64,000 nucleotides of DNA from Patescibacteria group bacterium. Lineage in GTDB: Bacteria; Patescibacteriota; Patescibacteriia; Patescibacteriales; UBA12465. Below the pieces are notes generated by a model that was given only the letters and a program-made list of their open reading frames with translations, searched no databases and had not been told where the DNA came from. Numbering within the stretch: position 1 is the stretch's first letter; each line of letters opens with the position of its first letter. Below, one piece after another: positions 25,824-34,858 of the stretch. The translations under genes and the position numbers were made by a program. Location of the stretch: positions 1,030 through 65,029 of the forward strand of contig JBAZKO010000001.1 in assembly GCA_041650775.1 (NCBI GenBank), read 5' to 3'.

Positions 25824-26723
25824 TTAACTCTTTTGAGTCTTCTCCTCTTCTTTTGATTTTGACCGGTCGATTTCCAGATAATCCGCTAGCGCCAGTTTCC
25901 AATTTCGCATTTTCCGAACCTTAGTATTCTTCAAAACGGAAAATTTAGGCCGCCTAGCGGCGCGCACCAAATTTTCGCCGCGTATCGGCCGCAGAGCGAT
26001 TTTTATTTTTTTCAGCCGGAAGAATTCCGACGCGGCTTCATACCAGGTGACCGGCCCTTCGTTAACCAGATGATAAACTCCGAACGGCACTTCCAGTTCC
26101 CAAAGACGTTTCGACGCTTCCGCCAAATCCGGCGTATAGGTAAAGCAACTCCGTTCTTCGTTAACGACCGTCAGTTCTTCCTTATTTTGCGCCAAACCGA
26201 AAATGATGTCAAAAAAACTGGGCTTGGCTTGCGGACTTAAGCCCAGCGGTCCGAAAAGCTTGGAAGTCCTAATCAGGTAATATTTTAAACCGCTTCCGGC
26301 GCGCCGCAAAATCTCCTGTTCACCCTGGAATTTGCTCTCGCCATATTTATTAACCGGATTCGGCACATCGTCTTCCCGGAAATCCGATTTTGATTCTGTC
26401 CCGTTAAAAACATAATCCGAAGAATAGTGGAATAAAACCGCTTCCGTCGCCAGTGCTAAATCAGCCAGTTTCGCCGGCAATTCAACATTCAGTTTCCAGG
26501 CAATTTTATATTCCTCTTTATCTTCGCATTTATCTACGGCATTATAGGCGACAGCGTTGATGATTACCGTCGGTTTGAGTTCGCGGATTTTTTCCGTCAG
26601 CAAGGTAAAATTCAAAACATCCAGTTCTTCCCTGTCCCAGGAAACGACCTCGTAATCCGCCGCGAATGATCTTGTCAGTTGCGTTCCCAGGTTTCCCCGG
26701 CCGCCAATAATAAGAATAGTCAT
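25824..26723 (-). CDS. rfbD: dTDP-4-dehydrorhamnose reductase
   Basis: ILIIGGRGNLG, NAVAYNAVDKCE, SSDYVFNG and YGESKFQGE (YxxxK) follow the RmlD pattern. Confidence 0.8.
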   Translation of the reverse strand: MTILIIGGRGNLGTQLTRSFAADYEVVSWDREELDVLNFTLLTEKIRELKPTVIINAVAYNAVDKCEDKEEYKIAWKLNVELPAKLADLALATEAVLFHYSSDYVFNGTESKSDFREDDVPNPVNKYGESKFQGEQEILRRAGSGLKYYLIRTSKLFGPLGLSPQAKPSFFDIIFGLAQNKEELTVVNEERSCFTYTPDLAEASKRLWELEVPFGVYHLVNEGPVTWYEAASEFFRLKKIKIALRPIRGENLVRAARRPKFSVLKNTKVRKMRNWKLALADYLEIDRSKSKEEEKTQKS

Positions 26724-26744
26724 GGCTCCAGTATAATTTATATA

Positions 26745-26773
26745 TTGACAAAAATCAAGAAAAACTATAAAAT
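26745..26773 (+). promoter_or_regulatory. Candidate promoter of the plus-strand two-gene operon
   Basis: TTGACA (26745-26750), a 17-nt spacer, then TAAAAT (26768-26773). Confidence 0.45.
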
Positions 26774-26829
26774 TAAAAGAATTTAGTCATTTAACAATTT
26801 GTAAATATTCACCAAAAAATAGAAAAAAG

Positions 26830-27768
26830 ATGAAAAAGATGCTTATGCTTTTGATGACGATTATCAGCTATGCCGGCTATTGCGGCTCTACTGGCCCGGC
26901 CGGAGCGATAATCAACTATGACGGCCAATGGCTGATTTTGGAAAAAAATCAATTGCTTAATCCGCGCGGCCAACTATTCGTGAACCTGGCGATCAAATCC
27001 GGACGGAACGTTCCCGATGTCTGGTACAGAATCTACGGCCCGTTCAACGGCGGAAATGTTTACGTCGTCCGCGACACGCTGATTTCGGCCAGCGGTATCA
27101 CGAATTCGGAAACGAGCAGACGCGCTTATGACGTCTGGCGAACCAGAAAACCTTTGGTTGAGGAAACGCAAAAAGCGGATTTTAAATGGTTACCTTTTTG
27201 GGGGGAAACCTCTAAAAGCCAAAAAATCTTGGAATATCGGAACCGATCTATCGTCAGGGAGTTAAAACTGTCGGAAGAATCGGTTATTTTCTTCGGAAAT
27301 ATCTTTTTGTTCCTCATCCTCATCGCAGTCGGTATCTTCATCCGAAATTTGTTCAATAACTATGGTGTCGTTAATATTTTATTGGTAGCCATCCTTTATT
27401 TTATGATACCGGTTATCTATCTGCTGTTTCAAAGATGGGCGGTCAGCACTTGGCTAGTATCAATAATCCTGATTATGACCATACTTCTATTTCGCGCTTT
27501 CGATCATGGCCACCGCGAACTTAAAGACTGGACCAACCAAAAAAGAAGATATTTCGGTTTGGCCTTTAATGGCGGCGGCGCAGTCTTAATCGGCCTGATT
27601 CTTTGGTCTTCAATGGGACACTGGCAATTTATGCCATTTTCTCTAATCGCTTTTACGATCGCCTCTTTCCTGCCCTTCGGTTACGGAAAGTTCGATCTTG
27701 AAGGCCGTTTTACTCCTGAAATTTTAAAAAACGAATCAAAAAAAGAAGATCATGAAAAATCCGTTTAA
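26830..27768 (+). CDS. Hypothetical membrane protein (signal peptide, ectodomain of about 130 aa, about 5 TM helices)
   Basis: MKKMLMLLMTIISYAGYCGS leader and several long hydrophobic segments after aa 150. No recognisable domain. Confidence 0.5.
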   Translation: MKKMLMLLMTIISYAGYCGSTGPAGAIINYDGQWLILEKNQLLNPRGQLFVNLAIKSGRNVPDVWYRIYGPFNGGNVYVVRDTLISASGITNSETSRRAYDVWRTRKPLVEETQKADFKWLPFWGETSKSQKILEYRNRSIVRELKLSEESVIFFGNIFLFLILIAVGIFIRNLFNNYGVVNILLVAILYFMIPVIYLLFQRWAVSTWLVSIILIMTILLFRAFDHGHRELKDWTNQKRRYFGLAFNGGGAVLIGLILWSSMGHWQFMPFSLIAFTIASFLPFGYGKFDLEGRFTPEILKNESKKEDHEKSV

Positions 27769-28936
27769 ATTTTTAGGTTACTTTTCTAAAAATATCGCGC
27801 CGCCAAAGGTCGGAGCGATCGGAGAAGTAAAAAAAATAGCCGGACCGAAGGAAGAAACGACTGGACCGGATTTCCTGCGCCTGGGAAAAATATTTTGTGA
27901 CCACTTCGACAATCCTTCAGCTAAAAATTTAAAACAGCTGGAAGAAGAATTCGACAGGCAATGGAAAAAACTCAGAAACGATGATGACTTGGTTTCATTT
28001 CGATATTTTGCGCCGCCGACCCGCTGGTCGATAGTAGCCGACGAGGCTCTGAAATCGATTAACGATCCGAAAAAACTAAAACTTTTTTGCGAGCATTCCC
28101 CCCAGAACGCAATCAGTAAACTTTCTCTTTTTAAAAAATGGGAAAGAGCCAGCTGGGATTTCCTGAAAAACAACAATGATCTGGTTATCCTGGCCAACGG
28201 AGCCAAATATCTGACGGAAGATTACCAGCAGGAGATTACCTTTCTGATCTCCGGCGAAATGACGCGAATTAAAGATGACAAACGCGCTCTGGCGCTTCTG
28301 GAAAAAATGGACGGTCCGGTTGATTTATCGGAGAAAGCGCAAAGAAATCTTTTTCGAATCATCAAAAACTCCTCTGATGGCTTTATGCTAGTCTGTAAAT
28401 TATCCTTACCCGCCCCATTATTTCGTTCCGGTGAGCGTCAAAATCAGGTTCAAAAAATTTGGGACGAGGTAATCCTGGAAAAAGTGCTGGAAGCAGAGAC
28501 ACTGGAGGAGGCGGAAGAAAAAATCTGCCAGGCGCGAACCGGTTTCGTTTTAGTGCCGGAAATCTGCGAGCATTTGATCTGGTTGGCGAGACCGCGCCAG
28601 CCGAAAACAGAGATTTTAAGGCTTCTGGAAAAAAATGAAATCACCGCCAAAAATCAAGAGCAAAATAAAATAAATTACCAAGTCGGCTGGAAAGCGTATC
28701 AGCTACTCGCCCGCTATCACGGCCGAGACAGTTTTTGGGCCGCTTTGGCTTTACAGCAATGGCAGGAATCATTATTAGCTAAAAATGATCTGGACGAAAA
28801 AGAACTGATTAAACTTTGGGGACAATTACCGGAAAAAAATCAGCTCAACGATTATCTGGAAAAAGTTTATCTGCGCCGATTAGTCAGAAAAAAAATAAAT
28901 CTGACCGGACCGGAACCTATCCGGAAAACGGCTTAA
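27752..28936 (+). CDS. Hypothetical, probably all-helical cytoplasmic protein
   Basis: 394 aa, rich in K, E and L. No motif recognised. Overlaps the upstream gene by 17 nt. Confidence 0.5.
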   Translation: MKNPFKFLGYFSKNIAPPKVGAIGEVKKIAGPKEETTGPDFLRLGKIFCDHFDNPSAKNLKQLEEEFDRQWKKLRNDDDLVSFRYFAPPTRWSIVADEALKSINDPKKLKLFCEHSPQNAISKLSLFKKWERASWDFLKNNNDLVILANGAKYLTEDYQQEITFLISGEMTRIKDDKRALALLEKMDGPVDLSEKAQRNLFRIIKNSSDGFMLVCKLSLPAPLFRSGERQNQVQKIWDEVILEKVLEAETLEEAEEKICQARTGFVLVPEICEHLIWLARPRQPKTEILRLLEKNEITAKNQEQNKINYQVGWKAYQLLARYHGRDSFWAALALQQWQESLLAKNDLDEKELIKLWGQLPEKNQLNDYLEKVYLRRLVRKKINLTGPEPIRKTA

Positions 28937-28942
28937 AAATAA

Positions 28943-28971
28943 AAGCCCTCTATATAATAAGAGGGCTTTTT
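28943..28971. terminator. Bidirectional rho-independent terminator (plus-strand operon; probably also murF)
   Basis: AAGCCCTC, a 10-nt loop, then GAGGGCTT, flanked by an A-run upstream and a T-run downstream. Confidence 0.65.
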
Positions 28972-29170
28972 AATTTTTACGGTTCGGTTTTTAACCGAAA
29001 GTGATCGTGGCCGTCAGCTTTTTCAGCCGAATATTTTCCTTTTCCGCTTCCAGCCAATCGGAAACGACCCGGGTTGCTCCTTGAGCAATTATCCGAAAAA
29101 ATTTTCTTAGCGTTTTCATGATCTATCTTTTTAAAAAGAACAATATTATATAAAATATTTATCAACAAAA

Positions 29171-30457
29171 TTAAATTTCCCAGTCCTTTCCCTGCCGAAC
29201 CAATAGTTCTTCCGCCCGTTCCGGCTCCGCCATTATTTCTTTGATTATTTTTTCCAACCGCATTCCCTGCGAGCCCTTAACCAAAATAACATCGCCGGCT
29301 TTAAGCCGATTCTGCAGGAACCGGCCGGCCTCTTCCGCCCGGTCGAAACAAAAAACATAATTGTCGGCCAGACCCGCTTCTACGGCACCGCGCGCGATGT
29401 CGCGCGCCTTTTCGCCGACGGCGATCAAGCAACCAAGGCCGCTTTCGGCCGCCTTCGCGCCGACTAAGCGATGCCCCTCTTCCGTATAATGCCCGATTTC
29501 TAGCATGTCACCCAAAACAGCATACTTGGACGCCGCGTCGTCCGTCTTCAGGCGGCGCAAAACATCTAAAGCGCTAATCGCCGCTTCCGGCGAAGAATTA
29601 TAAGTATCATCAATGATAAAAGTCTTCTTAATTCCCGGCAGAACATTCATCCGTCCGGGCGGCAAAGAGAAATCGCTCAAAGCGCGAGCGATTTCCACTA
29701 GGTTAAGATCAAAATAAAGACCGACTGCGGCCGCGGCTAAAGCGGCGTAAATCGCCGTTTCAGTCATAACCGCGCTCATAAAAACCGGCACAATTGAACC
29801 CTTATAATTCATCTTGAAGTTAAGTCCGGAAAATTCATAGTTCCCTTTGGTAAAATTATAAACAATATCCTGAGCCAACAAATCCGCTCCCGCTTGCAAA
29901 CCGTAAGTCAAAACCCGCGCTTGACTGGCTCCGGCCATCTCTCGCGTCAAATCGTTATCGTAATTTAAAATCGCCAGACCCTTGTTATCCAAACTTTCTA
30001 TCAAGCCCTGTTTCTCTTTCTTGATATTTATGAGACTGCCAAAATATTCCAGATGTGAATAGCTGACCGCGGTGACCAGACCGACTTGCGGTTTCACGAT
30101 TCCCGTCAGATAGGCCATATCACCCGGTCGGTCGACACCCATCTCCAAAACCAAGACTCGAGGATAATCCCGATCCGTAATCAAAATCAATCTCAGCGCC
30201 CGGAAAAAGACTAACAGCCAGCCGCCGATATTTCGGCCGGCCGATTCGGCGCCGATAACCGTCAAAGGAAAACCGATTTCATTATTATAGTTTTTCGGAC
30301 TGAGCCGGGCTGTCAGTTTATCCTTCAAAACCGCGCCCACCGCCTCTTTGGCGCTGGTTTTGCCGATGGAGCCCGTAATCCCGACGACTACCGGCTGATA
30401 TTTTTTCAAAATCAGCCGCGCCAGCATTCTAAGTTTTAACTGCAATATCTTCTTCAT
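29171..30457 (-). CDS. murF: UDP-N-acetylmuramoyl-tripeptide--D-alanyl-D-alanine ligase
   Basis: VVGITGSIGKTSAKE P-loop, Mur-ligase middle and C-terminal blocks (DDTYNSSP, VLGDMLEIG). Start moved to the ATG at 30457 (MKKILQLKL), which clears the ftsI stop at 30466. Confidence 0.9.
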   Translation of the reverse strand: MKKILQLKLRMLARLILKKYQPVVVGITGSIGKTSAKEAVGAVLKDKLTARLSPKNYNNEIGFPLTVIGAESAGRNIGGWLLVFFRALRLILITDRDYPRVLVLEMGVDRPGDMAYLTGIVKPQVGLVTAVSYSHLEYFGSLINIKKEKQGLIESLDNKGLAILNYDNDLTREMAGASQARVLTYGLQAGADLLAQDIVYNFTKGNYEFSGLNFKMNYKGSIVPVFMSAVMTETAIYAALAAAAVGLYFDLNLVEIARALSDFSLPPGRMNVLPGIKKTFIIDDTYNSSPEAAISALDVLRRLKTDDAASKYAVLGDMLEIGHYTEEGHRLVGAKAAESGLGCLIAVGEKARDIARGAVEAGLADNYVFCFDRAEEAGRFLQNRLKAGDVILVKGSQGMRLEKIIKEIMAEPERAEELLVRQGKDWEI

Positions 30458-30465
30458 AAAATTTT

Positions 30466-32433
30466 TTATTGGCGCGTCTTCGGAACCTGATAATATTTCA
30501 GCATGAAGTCGGCAACTTCCGTCCACAGAGGCAAAGCCGAACCTTCGGCGTATTGTACATCCTTGGGATCATCTATCTTCGTCAACATCACGAAAGCCGG
30601 ATCATCAATCGGCGCGATGCCGACGAAAGTATGGATATATTTGTCTTTACTATAGCCGCCGCCGACCGCGACTTGCGCCGTTCCGGTCTTGCCGCCGATA
30701 TAATAGCCGTCGATATAAGCGCGCTTGGAATGTCCCAATTCCACGACATTGACCAACATAGCCGAAATGGTCGAAGCGGTCTTGTCGCTAATAATCCGGC
30801 TCAGCTGTTTCGGTAAAAGATCTTCCCGCTGGCCGCCGCGGACAATCGCCTTGACTATATAAGGCTTCATTAAAATCCCGCGGTTAGCGATTGCCTGGTA
30901 AGGCATAATCATCTGAAGCGGCGTAGCGGCGATTCCCTGACCGAAGGAAGCGGTAGCGGCGTCGATTTCTTTAATTTTGCCGCTTAAAAGATTGCCGATA
31001 TTGCCGGCGCTTTCCGCGCCCAATTCAATCCCCGTCTTTTCCCCGAAACCGTATTTCTTAACATAATCGGCGAATACTTTCGACCCGACCTGACGCATGG
31101 CAAAAATCGCGCCCGTATTCAAAGAATTTTCTAAAACCACATTCATATCGACCACGCCGTGCGGACCGTGCGTTGAAAAATCGGAATTTTTAATCGGTTT
31201 CGACCAGCCATTAATCATTATTTGCCCCTCGTCTTTATAAGTCGTCGAAGGCAAAACTTTCCCCTGATCCAGCGCGATGGACATCGTCACGGTTTTGAAC
31301 ACCGAGCCCGGTTCATATTGATAAAGCAAGGCAGGATTATTATAAACGCTGATATCACTGACATCTTTGTAATCGTTGGGATTAAAATCCGGCACCGAGC
31401 ACATGGCGATAATCGCGCCGGTTTTCGGATTCATAACGACTACCGAACCGCCGTCCGCGCCGTGTTTCTTGACCGCTTCTTTCAATTTTTCACAAGCGAC
31501 GAATTCAACATTGCGATCAACCGTCAGAATCAGATCGGCGCCGTTTTCCGGTTTGATGTATTCCCGATCATTAACGATAATAACATTCCCCTGGCCGCCC
31601 TTTTCCGATTTGAGCGAACCGTATTTGCCGAATAATTCATCATTAAAAAATTCTTCCAGTCCGTAACGGCCTTTACTTTCTCCGTCTCCGTAACTGACAA
31701 AACCCAGAAGATGCGCGCCGATTTCATTTTCCGGATAATAACGAAATTTTTTCAAATCAAAACCGATTCCCGGAATTTTTAATTCTTTCGTCACTCCGCC
31801 CGAATTTTCTGCCGCGGGCGCGCTATTCTTAAAAACCACTTTATCATTTTTCAACTCCAAATCAGCGGCCGCGAGCGGCGTGGAAGTGGTAGTGGCCAGA
31901 AAGGCAAATAATTTCAGCAAATCGGCGTTATCCACTTTTTTATTCTCCAGCGGTTCGTAAACATCACCTGGTTTGTCCAGACGCTTCAGGTAAGCGGCCA
32001 GTAATTCTTCTTTCGTCGTTGTCGCTATAATCGCCGGCGTGCCGCTGGCTTGACCTTTCATCTCCGCCTCTAAACGCGGCCGATCAAAAAACTCATAAAA
32101 CTTTTCCGCCAATTCCCGCGGCTTAGTGACCTCTTTGGGCACGGCGTATAAAACCGCCAAATCTTTATTGGTCGCCGCCGGATACAATTTTTCTTGGCCG
32201 TTCGTATTTTCCGTAAAAAAAATTTTGCCGCGTTCCGGTTCCAGTTGGCTGGAAACCTGATGCTGATTGGCGGCCAGAGCCGTATAGAGATCGCATTGCC
32301 TGATTTGCACGCTAAACAACTTATACAATAACGAACCGGCTAATAAAAAAACGATCGCGACGACTAAACGCCAGCGACCCGTATTGATTTTGACCTTTGT
32401 CGGACGGGAATTATTTTGAGAATCGCGCCACAT
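30466..32433 (-). CDS. ftsI: Class B penicillin-binding protein (FtsI/PBP2-type transpeptidase)
   Basis: N-terminal TM segment, SVFK (SxxK), SLN (SxN) and KTGTA (KTG) motifs, and its dcw-cluster position. Confidence 0.9.
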   Translation of the reverse strand: MWRDSQNNSRPTKVKINTGRWRLVVAIVFLLAGSLLYKLFSVQIRQCDLYTALAANQHQVSSQLEPERGKIFFTENTNGQEKLYPAATNKDLAVLYAVPKEVTKPRELAEKFYEFFDRPRLEAEMKGQASGTPAIIATTTKEELLAAYLKRLDKPGDVYEPLENKKVDNADLLKLFAFLATTTSTPLAAADLELKNDKVVFKNSAPAAENSGGVTKELKIPGIGFDLKKFRYYPENEIGAHLLGFVSYGDGESKGRYGLEEFFNDELFGKYGSLKSEKGGQGNVIIVNDREYIKPENGADLILTVDRNVEFVACEKLKEAVKKHGADGGSVVVMNPKTGAIIAMCSVPDFNPNDYKDVSDISVYNNPALLYQYEPGSVFKTVTMSIALDQGKVLPSTTYKDEGQIMINGWSKPIKNSDFSTHGPHGVVDMNVVLENSLNTGAIFAMRQVGSKVFADYVKKYGFGEKTGIELGAESAGNIGNLLSGKIKEIDAATASFGQGIAATPLQMIMPYQAIANRGILMKPYIVKAIVRGGQREDLLPKQLSRIISDKTASTISAMLVNVVELGHSKRAYIDGYYIGGKTGTAQVAVGGGYSKDKYIHTFVGIAPIDDPAFVMLTKIDDPKDVQYAEGSALPLWTEVADFMLKYYQVPKTRQ

Positions 32434-32437
32434 ATAA

Positions 32438-32779
32438 TTACTTCTTGGCGACGGCGGAACGGTTGACGGACAAATATTCGACCTCGCCGACGGCGACCAT
32501 ATTTAACCCCTTTGTCCGGGAATTCAAAGAATAATAGGATTGCGTCGAATTGACCGCTTCTTCGTTCGCCATTTTCTCGCCGGCCAGAACCGCTACCTGA
32601 GATTTCAAATCACGCAGAACGAATCCCTGAACCGTCAGATTATTGATATTAATTAAATAAAAAGCGCCAAAAAAAGCGATGACGGCGAATAAACCTAAAT
32701 TGAAATATTTTAGATTAAAACCGCGGCTTTTAACCGGGCAGTTCAACCGAGTGGCGTAACAATTCACGATTTTGGTCAT
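32438..32779 (-). CDS. FtsL-like small bitopic cell-division protein
   Basis: Single TM segment (LGLFAVIAFFGAFYLI) followed by a short helical region. It sits between rsmH and ftsI, where ftsL usually lies. Confidence 0.5.
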   Translation of the reverse strand: MTKIVNCYATRLNCPVKSRGFNLKYFNLGLFAVIAFFGAFYLININNLTVQGFVLRDLKSQVAVLAGEKMANEEAVNSTQSYYSLNSRTKGLNMVAVGEVEYLSVNRSAVAKK

Positions 32780-32845
32780 ACTGTTGGAGCAAGCCCGCTG
32801 ATGCGGGAAGTAGATTGGCGTTAATAAATTATCTTAATTTGAAAA

Positions 32846-33736
32846 TTATCCTATTTTGGCCGCGGCGCGCAACTTGGCGCTCCGGGCGCGGAAATTATTG
32901 GCCGTTTCGGCGGCGGCGGGAATCAACGGCCGTTTAGTCAGAATTTGTAAATTCTCCTGAGCCTTAAAAAATCTTTTAACAATCCGATCTTCGCCACTAT
33001 GAAAAGAAACTACTACCAAGCGCCCCTGAGGCTTAAGAAGATCGACCGCGACCGGCAAAACTTCGGCCAGGACTTCCAACTCTCCATTCGTTTCCATCCG
33101 GAGCGCCTGAAAAATTCTGGTGGCCGGATGAATCTTAGAATGGAAGCGGAAAGGAACGATTTTCTCCACGATTCCCGTTAAATCAGCGGTGGTAGAAATT
33201 CTTTTCGTCCGCCGCGCTTCGACAATCGCTTTAGCAATCTGATAAGCCCGGCGCTCCTCGCCATATTCCCGGAAAATCCTGGTTAATTCCAATAGAGGGT
33301 ACCGATTGACTATCTCTTCAGTCGAATGTCCGACGGCCGGACCGAAAGCCATATCGAGCGGACGTTCTCCTTTAAAAGAAAAACCGCGCGTCTCATCATC
33401 CAGTTGCGCCGAGGATAGGCCAAGATCAAACACCACCCCATCAAATTTAGCGGCCGCTGAAAAATTAGCGGCGACAATCTCTTTTAAATTTTTAAAATTA
33501 TCTTGAACCAAAACTATATTATTTAACTGTCTGGTCTTAATTTCCCAAGCGGCGTTTTTAAGCGCCAATTCATCCAAATCAATACCCAGGATTTTTCCCG
33601 ACTCGCCGACTTTCTCCGCGAGCGCCATCGTGTAACCGGCGCCACCCAAAGTACAATCAATGAACCGGCCGCCGTTTCGAGGGTTAAGATATTTCAGAAC
33701 CTCCGTTAACATCACCGGCACATGAAAGTAAGCCAT
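32846..33736 (-). CDS. rsmH: 16S rRNA (cytosine1402-N4)-methyltransferase
   Basis: HVPVML, IDCTLGGAGY, DLGLSS and SFHSGEDRIVK blocks. Downstream of mraZ. Confidence 0.95.
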   Translation of the reverse strand: MAYFHVPVMLTEVLKYLNPRNGGRFIDCTLGGAGYTMALAEKVGESGKILGIDLDELALKNAAWEIKTRQLNNIVLVQDNFKNLKEIVAANFSAAAKFDGVVFDLGLSSAQLDDETRGFSFKGERPLDMAFGPAVGHSTEEIVNRYPLLELTRIFREYGEERRAYQIAKAIVEARRTKRISTTADLTGIVEKIVPFRFHSKIHPATRIFQALRMETNGELEVLAEVLPVAVDLLKPQGRLVVVSFHSGEDRIVKRFFKAQENLQILTKRPLIPAAAETANNFRARSAKLRAAAKIG

Positions 33737-33742
33737 AAAATT

Positions 33743-34174
33743 TTAAATTCCCAGATTTCCCAGCTCCGCGGCAATCGCGTTACTATTCTTTTCCGCTTCG
33801 CTCTTATATTTATTCCAGGCGGTTTCATTCCAGATTTCCAAATGATTATAAAGACCGGCGATGATGACACTTTTTTTCACGTTGGAAAATTCCCGCAAAT
33901 ACTCCGGCAGAGTGACTCGGCCCTGATTGTCAAATTCCACGTCCATCGCGCCGGCCAGCATATGACGCATAAAGGCGCGGGCTGGCGCCTGACTAATCGG
34001 CAAAGAAGCAAACTTTTGCGCAATCTTTTCAAACTGTTCTTTAGAATACAAAAATAAGCAGTTGTCCAAACCCTTGGTGACGACTGCTCCTTTTTTTAAG
34101 ATGGCACGGAACTTAGCCGGAATGGCCAGACGTCCTTTGTCATCGAGATTATGATTGTATTCGCCGATGAACAT
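33743..34174 (-). CDS. mraZ: Transcriptional regulator MraZ
   Basis: MFIGEYNHNLDDKGRLAIPAKFR and a second GRVTLP repeat. The ORF-track start at 34219 is a TTG extension, so I prefer the ATG at 34174. Confidence 0.9.
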   Translation of the reverse strand: MFIGEYNHNLDDKGRLAIPAKFRAILKKGAVVTKGLDNCLFLYSKEQFEKIAQKFASLPISQAPARAFMRHMLAGAMDVEFDNQGRVTLPEYLREFSNVKKSVIIAGLYNHLEIWNETAWNKYKSEAEKNSNAIAAELGNLGI

Positions 34175-34222
34175 AGAATAATTAAAGAGGCGGAGACGGA
34201 GACAGAGAAATGAAGACAAACA

Positions 34223-34274
34223 AATTCACCACTCTTCCCCATAATTCACCTTACAAGTATGATTATACACCACC
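34223..34274 (-). promoter_or_regulatory. Candidate MraZ operator boxes
   Basis: Minus strand has GGTGAATT at 34250-34243 and again at 34230-34223, exactly 20 nt apart. GGTGGTG at 34274-34268 lies inside the promoter spacer. Confidence 0.3.
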
Positions 34275-34290
34275 GATACCCTATGGTCAA
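34262..34290 (-). promoter_or_regulatory. Sigma70-type promoter of the mraZ/dcw operon
   Basis: Minus strand reads TTGACC (34290-34285), a 17-nt spacer, then TATAAT (34267-34262). Confidence 0.55.
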
Positions 34291-34316
34291 CACTAATCTT
34301 TATGTTAAAATAAGCC

Positions 34317-34353
34317 AAAAAAAATAACAAAAAACCACTTATCAACAAGCGGT
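34317..34353 (-). terminator. Rho-independent terminator after the cysS-dus-tsaB-like unit
   Basis: Minus strand reads ACCGCTT-GTTGAT-AAGTGGT (7-bp stem with one G-U pair), followed by TTTTTGTTATTTTTTTT. Confidence 0.65.
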
Positions 34354-34438
34354 CTTCTTAATCTAAAATAATTGGTTAAAATACCCTAAAAGTTTTCAAC
34401 AACTAATGCACAAGCTAAAAACAAAACGCCGCCATTGT

Positions 34439-34855
34439 TTATTCCGAACTTCCCGGAATTTTCTTCGCTTTCCCGATATTCGGTTCATGATTATAAAGCG
34501 GCTCGACAACAGAATAGCGCGCGAATTTCTTGATTTTTTTTAAATCTTTCGCCAGCACTCGCGATTCCCCGACCACCGGGATTTTTAAAGCGTAAGCCAG
34601 CGCGTTGGCGGTAATGACGCCGATGCGTAGCGCCGTAAAACTGTCGCCGCGATCGGCGACAACAATTTTTTTGAGCGCGCTTAATTTTATTTTTTGCGCC
34701 CGCAGAAGCCGATCGATTGCCGGCAATAACTTTTCCGCCTGCTGTCGCGCGGCTTTAAATTTTTTCCGCGCAACGATTTTTGTTCCGGAGCGACTGGCGC
34801 GCGACAAGATAATAATTATTTCCGCTCGGTCGGCGGTATTGATATGGAGAGTCAT
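34439..34855 (-). CDS. Truncated TsaB/YeaZ-like protein (N-terminal half only)
   Basis: LHINTA and the block DRGDSFTALRIGVITANALAYALKIPVVG resemble TsaB GPGSFTGLRIG. The protein is only 138 aa, against about 230 aa for TsaB. Confidence 0.5.
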   Translation of the reverse strand: MTLHINTADRAEIIIILSRASRSGTKIVARKKFKAARQQAEKLLPAIDRLLRAQKIKLSALKKIVVADRGDSFTALRIGVITANALAYALKIPVVGESRVLAKDLKKIKKFARYSVVEPLYNHEPNIGKAKKIPGSSE

Positions 34856-34858
34856 AAA

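Noticed and set aside
28977-29168. A 63-aa minus-strand ORF, and a short ATG ORF at 29118, in the 200-nt gap downstream of murF. I also considered a small RNA here.
   Set aside because: The 63-aa ORF starts at TTG and has a non-protein-like composition. My first reading of the ATG ORF contained a transcription error, and careful re-translation gives only 9 codons. No convincing promoter precedes the region, so the simplest reading is a long murF 3' UTR ending at the 28943-28971 hairpin.
34175-34219. N-terminal extensions in the ORF track: mraZ to 34219, sod to 10297, the pyrF fusion to 11935, murF to 30526 and the nuoF-like gene to 2364.
   Set aside because: For mraZ I checked the start codon, which is TTG. 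In general the extensions overlap the upstream stop or sit on promoter-like elements, and family N-termini begin at the internal ATG. I used the shorter coordinates.
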